Shown here: in pieces, positions 1 to 4,330 of the stretch
Layout: each line of letters opens with the position of its first letter
Position numbering within the stretch: the stretch's first letter is position 1
IMG/VR virus record: IMGVR_UViG_2529292873_000004
Coordinates: 1 to 7,213 of that record
Source: a virus
Lineage: Duplodnaviria > Heunggongvirae > Uroviricota > Caudoviricetes
Direction: 5' to 3' (one strand)
Length of the DNA stretch: 7,213 bases
Translations under genes and position numbers: made by a program
The notes under the pieces: model-generated
What the model was told of the DNA's origin: nothing
Seen by the model: the letters and a program-made list of their open reading frames with translations, nothing else
The model's database searches: none

Positions 1-150
1 GACCCGACACTGATTCGAAAGTTACCTGACGGAGAAATACGTCGTTACAACAGACGGCAGAACATAATTTGTCGTGAGTGCCGCCAGAGCGAAGTTATGC
101 AGCGTGTGCTGGCGTTCTATCGGGGAAACTTTCAGGAGGCGGTACTGTGA
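1..150 (+). CDS. 3' end of an upstream phage gene (partial, runs off the window start); unknown product with a CxxC pair near the C-terminus
   Basis: Open frame from position 1 to TGA at 148-150 (…IICRECRQSEVMQRVLAFYRGNFQEAVL). The stop overlaps an in-frame GTG of the next gene (GTGA at 147-150). No family recognised. Confidence 0.4.
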   Translation, partial: DPTLIRKLPDGEIRRYNRRQNIICRECRQSEVMQRVLAFYRGNFQEAVL

Positions 151-206
151 GTGAATTAGCTATCAGGCTTCAATTGTCGCTGGCATTCGCATCAAAGGAG
201 AATGAG

Positions 207-791
207 ATGACCACTTTTACAAAAGAGCAGTTAATCAGTCATGTTAGTGAAAATGTAAAGGCGATGAAATTTGCAGTAAAACAGACAGCATTCAAAAATT
301 CTCTCGAGGCAATTGAGTTGGATTTAGCACTGGCCCTTGTTGCTCAGGCTTCGCTGGAAGCAGAGCCCGTGCTTTATATGAATCGATTTACCGGAAAGAC
401 ATTCTCACTGGAAGAGCAACCCGGTGCTGATAAGGAACCGGAAATATACGTGCCGCTATATGCTGCCCCGCCAGACAGCGCCGCCATGCTTCAGGCTGGA
501 AACTTTCGGGAAAATAAGGGTTCGTCAACCAATAATTTTCGGGAAATCTCGGAAACGTCAACCAACTATCCGGTAACTCTGGATGGTTGGATAAGCTGTA
601 GTGAGCGAATGCCGGATGACGGTCAGCACGTAATTATTTTATGTGATGGCGCATTCGTTCTTTATGCGCAATATCGAGACGGTGAGTTTTTTGATGTAGT
701 CCGTGATGGTGATGAATTTTTCGAAACACAGAGCCGCAATGTAACCGACTGGATGCCGCTACCAGAACCGCCGCAGGAGGTGCGCCAATGA
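207..791 (+). CDS. DUF551-like lambdoid phage protein
   Basis: ATG at 207 preceded by AAGGAG (195-200) at 6-nt spacing. C-terminal region (…ERMPDDGQHVIILCDG…WMPLPEPP) matches my recollection of the DUF551 signature. Alternative start GTG 147 (GGAGG at 133-137) would overlap the upstream stop; the table ORF 78..791 is a further upstream extension. Confidence 0.65.
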   Translation: MTTFTKEQLISHVSENVKAMKFAVKQTAFKNSLEAIELDLALALVAQASLEAEPVLYMNRFTGKTFSLEEQPGADKEPEIYVPLYAAPPDSAAMLQAGNFRENKGSSTNNFREISETSTNYPVTLDGWISCSERMPDDGQHVIILCDGAFVLYAQYRDGEFFDVVRDGDEFFETQSRNVTDWMPLPEPPQEVRQ

Positions 792-905
792 CTGGCCTGA
801 AGCATTTGCAATTACAGGCGTTGCTATAGCTATTGCTTTTTTAGTATATGTTATTTGTCGGTGGGGGTAAAAACGTTCGCCGGGATTCACACCAAAGGAG
901 GGAAT

Positions 906-1010
906 ATGTCGGATGATATTTCACTGGCAATGGAAGGTGCGCTGGCTGTTATTGCTGTTGTGGGCGTTTACTGCCTGGTTGTGTTTTTGATGGATCGACT
1001 AGGGAACTGA
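906..1010 (+). CDS. small hydrophobic membrane peptide (34 aa), unknown function
   Basis: ATG 906 preceded by AAGGAGG (895-901). Product MSDDISLAMEGALAVIAVVGVYCLVVFLMDRLGN has an acidic N-terminus and one predicted transmembrane helix. Below the ORF-track length cutoff. Confidence 0.4.
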   Translation: MSDDISLAMEGALAVIAVVGVYCLVVFLMDRLGN

Positions 1011-1018
1011 ATTCATTA

Positions 1019-1040
1019 CGATATGGGAATTCCCATATCG
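1019..1040. repeat. 22-bp perfect palindrome CGATATGGGAATTCCCATATCG
   Basis: Read directly: the two 11-nt halves are exact reverse complements (9-bp stem, AAUU loop as RNA). Lies 8 nt after the stop of the 906-1010 peptide and just upstream of the predicted hok promoter. No U-tract on either strand. Confidence 0.7.
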
Positions 1041-1051
1041 GGTAAAAACGG

Positions 1052-1080
1052 TTTGCGGTAAAGCGAGAGTTAAGTAGAAT
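1052..1080 (+). promoter_or_regulatory. putative hok mRNA promoter (-35 TTGCGG about 1053-1058, -10 TAGAAT 1075-1080)
   Basis: The -10 sits 5-7 nt upstream of position 1085, where the 5' segment complementary to the mRNA 3' end begins. No experimental start site. Confidence 0.35.
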
Positions 1081-1139
1081 TGCTGCGGGTGCTTGAGGCT
1101 ATCTGCCTCGGGCATGAACACCAACGGCAGATAGAGAAA

Positions 1140-1207
1140 AGCCCCAGTTAACATTACGCGTCCGGCAAGACGCTTAACATTAATCTGAGGCCATATCTAT
1201 GCTCTAC
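1140..1207 (-). ncRNA. sok: putative Sok-like antisense RNA
   Basis: Minus-strand promoter-like elements: -35 TTGCCT (plus 1237-1242), 17-bp spacer, -10 TAACCT (plus 1214-1219), giving a start near 1206 and a transcript antisense to the mok SD and start codon (1187-1201). 3' end not defined; no clean terminator identified. Confidence 0.3.
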
Positions 1208-1411
1208 ACACGTAGGTTAGCCTCTTACGTGCCGAAAGGCAAGGAGAAGCAGGCTATGAAGCAGCAAAAGGCGATGTTAATTGCCCTGATCGTCATCTGT
1301 TTAACCGTCATAGTGACGGCACTGGTAACGAGGAAAGACCTCTGCGAGGTACGAATCCGAACCGGCCAGACGGAGGTCGCTGTCTTCACAGCTTACGAAC
1401 CTGAGGAGTAA
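1199..1411 (+). CDS. mok: Mok-like overlapping reading frame (in-frame N-terminal extension of hok)
   Basis: ATG 1199 with GAGG (1187-1190) at 8-nt spacing, in frame with hok and sharing its stop. Same architecture as I recall for E. coli MokC/HokC. Confidence 0.5.
   Translation: MLYTRRLASYVPKGKEKQAMKQQKAMLIALIVICLTVIVTALVTRKDLCEVRIRTGQTEVAVFTAYEPEE
1256..1411 (+). CDS. hok: Hok/Gef family type I toxin (51 aa membrane peptide)
   Basis: ATG 1256 with AGGAG (1242-1246). Product MKQQKAMLIALIVICLTVIVTALVTRKDLCEVRIRTGQTEVAVFTAYEPEE: single TM helix plus the conserved TRKDLCEVRIRTGQTEVAVF core of Hok/Gef/RelF proteins; closest to HokD/RelF from memory. Confidence 0.85.
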   Translation: MKQQKAMLIALIVICLTVIVTALVTRKDLCEVRIRTGQTEVAVFTAYEPEE

Positions 1412-1478
1412 GAGACCAGGCGGGGGAGAAATCCCTCGCCACCTCTCATGTGTCAGGCATCCTTAACGCACCCGCACT

Positions 1479-1501
1479 AAACCCGCTTCGGCGGGTTTTT
1501 T
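1479..1501 (+). terminator. rho-independent terminator at the 3' end of the hok transcript
   Basis: AAACCCGC-TTCG-GCGGGTTTTTT: GC-rich stem, 4-nt loop, 6-T run. Immediately downstream of the segment (1461-1475) complementary to the mRNA 5' end. Confidence 0.6.
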
Positions 1502-1686
1502 GTTGCGCGCTGAATGCGCAGGGTGAAAAATAACCATATATTTGATTATATACACAACAAAAAATAAAAGTCATTGTACCTGCACATTAAATAATCAAAT
1601 ATACGGCGTGAAATAAATATTTTTCAGATTAATATTTTTGTCTCTATGTGGATATAACCGTTTGTACTTATAAACTCGGAGGCATC

Positions 1687-1899
1687 GTGGAAAAAATAAA
1701 GAAACTATTTAGTTGCAAATACGCAGTCATACGTCGTGATGACCTGTCAGTTATAGTCGAAATGGATTACTTCCCTGAAACCCCAAAATCAATGATGTAT
1801 CGTAATGGTCGAAAGGCAATTTTTTTACCGATGAGGGTAAGTGACATTATGGGAAATGATAAACTGCTGGATGAATTGCGAGTCAGAGCATCCTGTTAG
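1687..1899 (+). CDS. hypothetical small basic protein (70 aa), unrecognised
   Basis: GTG 1687 preceded by GGAGG (1677-1681) at 5-nt spacing (table ORF 1648..1899 is the same frame from an upstream GTG). Product VEKIKKLFSCKYAVIRRDDLSVIVEMDYFPETPKSMMYRNGRKAIFLPMRVSDIMGNDKLLDELRVRASC; no TM segment. Preceded by a strongly AT-rich stretch (about 1500-1650). Confidence 0.45.
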   Translation: MEKIKKLFSCKYAVIRRDDLSVIVEMDYFPETPKSMMYRNGRKAIFLPMRVSDIMGNDKLLDELRVRASC

Positions 1900-1914
1900 T
1901 ATTGGCATTAATTC

Positions 1915-1923
1915 TGGTATACT
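1915..1923 (+). promoter_or_regulatory. possible extended -10 element (TGgTATACT) upstream of the DUF1367 gene
   Basis: TG at 1915-1916, one spacer base, hexamer TATACT 1918-1923. No good -35 at proper spacing. Confidence 0.25.
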
Positions 1924-1970
1924 ACATAACGGGCTGAACACCCATTCTACTGCGCCAGCGGAGAACTACG

Positions 1971-2570
1971 ATGGCGCATATACAACTGGTCAAACAAACC
2001 TCTTCCGGATTACTTCTCCCGGCGACGCCGGAGAGTTGCGATTTTTTGCATCAAATCAAAATAGGTGAGTGGATACACGCAGACTTTAAGCGTGTGCGTA
2101 ACTACGCATTCCACAAGCGTTTTTTCAAACTTCTGCAACTCGGATTCGATTACTGGACTCCGGTCGGTGGGGCGATCACTCCTCGCGAACGAAAACTGGT
2201 GTCCGGTTTCGTTGATTATCTGTGTGAATCAGTAGGCCGGGAACATACGCCAGCTCTGAGCGAAGCCGCAGAGCAATATCTGAATACAGTTGCGACACGC
2301 AGAACCCGAGATACAGCATTGCTAAAGTCGTTTGAGGCTTTCCGCGAGTGGGTAACCATTCAGGCCGGATTTTACACCGAGCATATTTATCCGGACGGTA
2401 GCCGTGGGCGCAGGGCGAAATCCATCTCGTTTGCGAATATGGACGAAACCGAGTTTCAGCAGGTTTATAAATCTGTGCTGAATGTACTGTGGAACTGGAT
2501 CCTGTTCCGTAAATTTTCCTCTCCGGAACAAGTCGAAAATGTGGCCGCGCAGCTACTGGAGTTTGCGTAA
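1971..2570 (+). CDS. DUF1367-like lambdoid phage protein
   Basis: ATG 1971 with GGAG (1960-1963) at 7-nt spacing; 199 aa. The N-terminal pattern (…LPATPES.DFLHQIKIGEWIHADFKRVRNYAFHKRFFKLLQLGFDYWTP…) matches my recollection of DUF1367. Stop overlaps the next start (TAATG at 2568-2572). Confidence 0.7.
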   Translation: MAHIQLVKQTSSGLLLPATPESCDFLHQIKIGEWIHADFKRVRNYAFHKRFFKLLQLGFDYWTPVGGAITPRERKLVSGFVDYLCESVGREHTPALSEAAEQYLNTVATRRTRDTALLKSFEAFREWVTIQAGFYTEHIYPDGSRGRRAKSISFANMDETEFQQVYKSVLNVLWNWILFRKFSSPEQVENVAAQLLEFA

Positions 2571-2860
2571 TGGTGGATTTACGTAAAGCGGCGCGGGGGC
2601 AGATGTGCACCGTCAGAATTCCTGGCTACTGCAATCACGATCCGGAAACGTCTGTGCTGGCGCATTACCGACTGGCGGGAACGTGCGGAACAGCGATAAA
2701 GCCACACGATATGCAGGCAGCGATTGCCTGTAACTCATGCCACGATTTAATCGACGGGAGAGTAAAAACCAGCGATTACACCAAAGAAGAATTGCGCCTG
2801 ATGCATGCAGAAGGTGTTTTTCGCACACAAGAGATCTGGAGAAAGGACGGTTATTTATGA
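2570..2860 (+). CDS. DUF1364 / YbcO-like phage protein (cysteine-rich, putative nuclease)
   Basis: ATG 2570; 96 aa MVDLRKAARGQMCTVRIPGYCNHDPETSVLAHYRL…IACNSCHD… with the conserved Cys/His pattern I recall for E. coli DLP12 YbcO. Stop overlaps the next start (ATGA at 2857-2860). Confidence 0.7.
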   Translation: MVDLRKAARGQMCTVRIPGYCNHDPETSVLAHYRLAGTCGTAIKPHDMQAAIACNSCHDLIDGRVKTSDYTKEELRLMHAEGVFRTQEIWRKDGYL

Positions 2861-3411
2861 TTTACCCAACGAACACAGGAAAAAGCGGAGAGCACCTTCG
2901 TCTCACCACGCTGGAAAGTGTCTGGATCCAGGGGAAACTGCGTATGTGGGGGCGTTGGTCGTATATTGGCGACGGTAAGACGGGAAATATGTTCAACCAA
3001 TTACTGACCTCTAAAAAGCTGACAAAAACGGCAATTAACGAGGCGCTCCGGAGGATGAAAAAAGCAGGTCTGGACAAACCTGAACTTGAGGCTTTTTTGC
3101 GGGATATGATCAACGGCAAGCAAAAAAGCTGGCTGGTGCATTGTACCGATTCAGAGGCGTTAATAATCGACAGGGTTATTGGTGAAGTACTGGCAGGTTA
3201 TCCCGGGCTGCTCAATGTTCTGAGTCAGCGTTATGTGGGGCGGGGGATGACTAAGCGCAAAATGGCTGAACTGCTGAATGATGCACATCCGGAATGGAGT
3301 TTAAGAACCTGTGAAAGACGCATTGAGCATTGGCTAAAGGTGGCAGAATTTATTTTGTACAAACCAATGGTTATGGCTTTTGGTATAGAGAAAAAAGTTA
3401 TTGCTTTTTGA
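2857..3411 (+). CDS. putative late-gene antiterminator Q-like protein (assigned by position; not lambda-Q-like in sequence)
   Basis: ATG 2857 coupled to the upstream stop; 184 aa with a possible HTH near the C-terminus (…GMTKRKMAELLNDAHPEWSLRTCERRIEHWL…). Sits where Q lies in Stx-type phages, directly upstream of a terminator and the tRNA cluster. Table ORF 2737..3411 is an upstream extension overlapping the DUF1364 gene. Confidence 0.5.
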   Translation: MIYPTNTGKSGEHLRLTTLESVWIQGKLRMWGRWSYIGDGKTGNMFNQLLTSKKLTKTAINEALRRMKKAGLDKPELEAFLRDMINGKQKSWLVHCTDSEALIIDRVIGEVLAGYPGLLNVLSQRYVGRGMTKRKMAELLNDAHPEWSLRTCERRIEHWLKVAEFILYKPMVMAFGIEKKVIAF

Positions 3412-3487
3412 CGTAAAAACTGCTTTAATTCCGGTAAGCTTCGCAAAGCTGTATCGCGAGGCGAACCAAACGCATGAACTTTACCAG
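3401..3487 (+). promoter_or_regulatory. putative late promoter PR' / qut region (approximate)
   Basis: Candidate -35 TTGCTT (3401-3406), 17-bp spacer, -10 TTTAAT (3424-3429), preceded by an A-tract; alternative -35 TTGACG (3408-3413) lacks a good -10. Assigned mainly by position between Q and the terminator. Confidence 0.3.
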
Positions 3488-3511
3488 AACCCGCCATTGA
3501 GCGGGTTTTTT
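3488..3511 (+). terminator. rho-independent terminator (tR'-like) between Q and the tRNA cluster
   Basis: AACCCGC-CATTGA-GCGGGTTTTTT: 6-7 bp GC-rich stem, 6-nt loop, T-run 3507-3511. Confidence 0.6.
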
Positions 3512-3550
3512 ATTGCGGAATTAATTACGGACCGTTATTATTCTGCTCCC

Positions 3551-3626
3551 GGCCCTTTAGCTCAGTGGTGAGAGCGAGCGACTCATAATCGCCAGGTCGC
3601 TGGTTCAAATCCAGCAAGGGCCACCA
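3551..3626 (+). tRNA. tRNA-Ile (anticodon CAU, presumably lysidine-modified to read AUA; tRNA-Met not formally excluded)
   Basis: 76 nt GGCCCTTTAGCTCAGTGG…CTCATAA…GGTTCAAATCC…AGGGCCACCA. Perfect 7-bp acceptor stem, canonical T-arm, anticodon loop CTCATAA, encoded CCA. Very similar to E. coli ileX as I recall it; position matches ileZ of Stx phages. Confidence 0.8.
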
Positions 3627-3635
3627 TATCACATA

Positions 3636-3713
3636 CCGCCATTAGCTCATCGGGATAGAGCGTCAGCCTTCGAAGCTGGCTGTGCGGGGTTCGGAGTCCC
3701 CGATGGCGGTCCA
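3636..3713 (+). tRNA. tRNA-Arg (anticodon UCG by my fold), atypical
   Basis: 78 nt; perfect 7-bp acceptor stem CCGCCAT/ATGGCGG, D-arm GCTC…GAGC, anticodon stem TCAGC/GCTGG, loop CTTCGAA, encoded CCA. Unusual: C1:G72 start and an apparent 8-nt T-loop (TTCGGAGT). Confidence 0.6.
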
Positions 3714-3726
3714 TTATCGGTATTCT

Positions 3727-3803
3727 GCGTTGTTAGCTCAGCCGGACAGAGCAATTGCCTTCTAAGCAATCGGTCACTGGTTCGAATCCAGTACAACGCG
3801 CCA
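3727..3803 (+). tRNA. tRNA-Arg (anticodon UCU, reads AGA)
   Basis: 77 nt GCGTTGTTAGCTCAGCCGGACAGAGCAATTGCCTTCTAAGCAATCGGTCACTGGTTCGAATCCAGTACAACGCGCCA. Perfect acceptor stem, canonical T-arm, anticodon loop CTTCTAA; resembles E. coli argU. Confidence 0.85.
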
Positions 3804-4089
3804 CACCACACTTATCTGCCCTGACTCTCTTTTGCGGGCTTTTTATTACAGGAAAGACACCGGACAGTGAAATGTTAAATGCCTCACAATTCAGGTAGTC
3901 GACTGTTGCCTGACATGCTGAGCGTTTGTTAAAAAAATCCTGCATGATGAATCCCCCTGGGCGGCGGGGCATAATGACAGATGTTTGGTTGCGTATTGTA
4001 TAGGCAAGTTGCGGATTCTGTCTGGTCATTGCAGAATTCACCGGGAGGCACCCGGCATCATGCTGTATACAGAGATTAGGCATATATCC

Positions 4090-4114
4090 AGGCTCTCATC
4101 GCAGGAGCCTTTTT
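4090..4114 (+). terminator. possible weak rho-independent terminator (+ strand)
   Basis: AGGCTC-(9-nt loop)-GAGCCT followed by TTTTT (4110-4114). Confidence 0.35.
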
Positions 4115-4120
4115 ACATGC

Positions 4121-4145
4121 AAAAAAAGCCCGAGTAGGTTCGGGC
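4121..4145 (-). terminator. rho-independent terminator acting on the minus strand
   Basis: Plus strand shows A7 (4121-4127) then GCCCGA-GTAGGT-TCGGGC (4128-4145); on the minus strand this is a 6-bp GC-rich hairpin followed by U7. No T-run on the plus side. Confidence 0.5.
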
Positions 4146-4179
4146 AACAGCATGAGATACTTGCATTGTCATTTTTATC
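4121..4179 (-). ncRNA. candidate small RNA (about 60 nt) on the minus strand; hypothesis only
   Basis: Minus-strand promoter-like elements: -35 TTGCGC (plus 4210-4215), 18-bp spacer, -10 TAAAAT (plus 4186-4191), predicted start near 4179, ending at the minus-strand terminator 4121-4145. No convincing ORF. Confidence 0.2.
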
Positions 4180-4205
4180 GTGTGGATTTTAACCAGGGTT
4201 TATAA

Positions 4206-4230
4206 GGCTGCGCAACTGCGCGGCCTTTTT
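4206..4230 (+). terminator. rho-independent terminator (+ strand) about 100 nt upstream of the esterase gene
   Basis: GGCTGCGC-AACT-GCGCGGCC (8-bp stem with one G-U pair) followed by TTTTT (4226-4230). Confidence 0.5.
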
Positions 4231-4330
4231 CGTATTTCGGGCTGTAGTCTTCCTTCTGCCATTGTCCTGTAACTTCCGGACTTCAGCCTGCTCTTTATCT
4301 GATTCAGTACTATCCCGGCCGGGAGGATTC

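Noticed and set aside
78-206. N-terminal extensions offered by the ORF track (78..206 for DUF551; likewise 4262..4330 for the esterase, 2737..2856 for Q, 6460..6633 for the acidic protein, 1648..1686 for the small basic protein)
   Set aside because: The extensions overlap the preceding gene or lack an SD, while an internal start with a good SD or stop-start coupling is present.
788-829. 13-codon ORF starting at the ATGA overlap with the DUF551 stop
   Set aside because: Too short, with no support beyond the overlap itself.
1841-2068. 75-aa plus-strand ORF bridging 1687-1899 and the DUF1367 gene
   Set aside because: It overlaps the 3' end of one better-supported gene and the 5' end (RBS and start) of another, with no SD of its own.
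2176-2828. Minus-strand ORFs 2176..2610, 2322..2531 and 2613..2828
   Set aside because: They lie antisense inside the DUF1367 and DUF1364 genes, which have good starts and recognisable products.
2862-3497. Minus-strand ORFs 2862..3119 and 3231..3497
   Set aside because: Antisense to the Q-like gene and running into the terminator; no start signals.
3733-4083. 116-aa minus-strand ORF in the gap
   Set aside because: Its 3' end runs antisense through the whole tRNA-Arg(UCU) gene, it has no ribosome-binding site, and its composition is unremarkable; most likely a chance frame.
4060-4137. 25-codon ORF (MLYTEIRHISRLSSQEPFYMQKKPE) behind a GGGAGG in the gap
   Set aside because: It reads straight through a plus-strand terminator hairpin and into the minus-strand terminator; too short and unsupported to call.
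3804-4330. Remnants of stxA/stxB in the gap
   Set aside because: I translated the gap in all frames by eye and saw nothing resembling Stx A or B subunit sequence; no frame is open beyond about 25 codons apart from the rejected minus-strand ORF.
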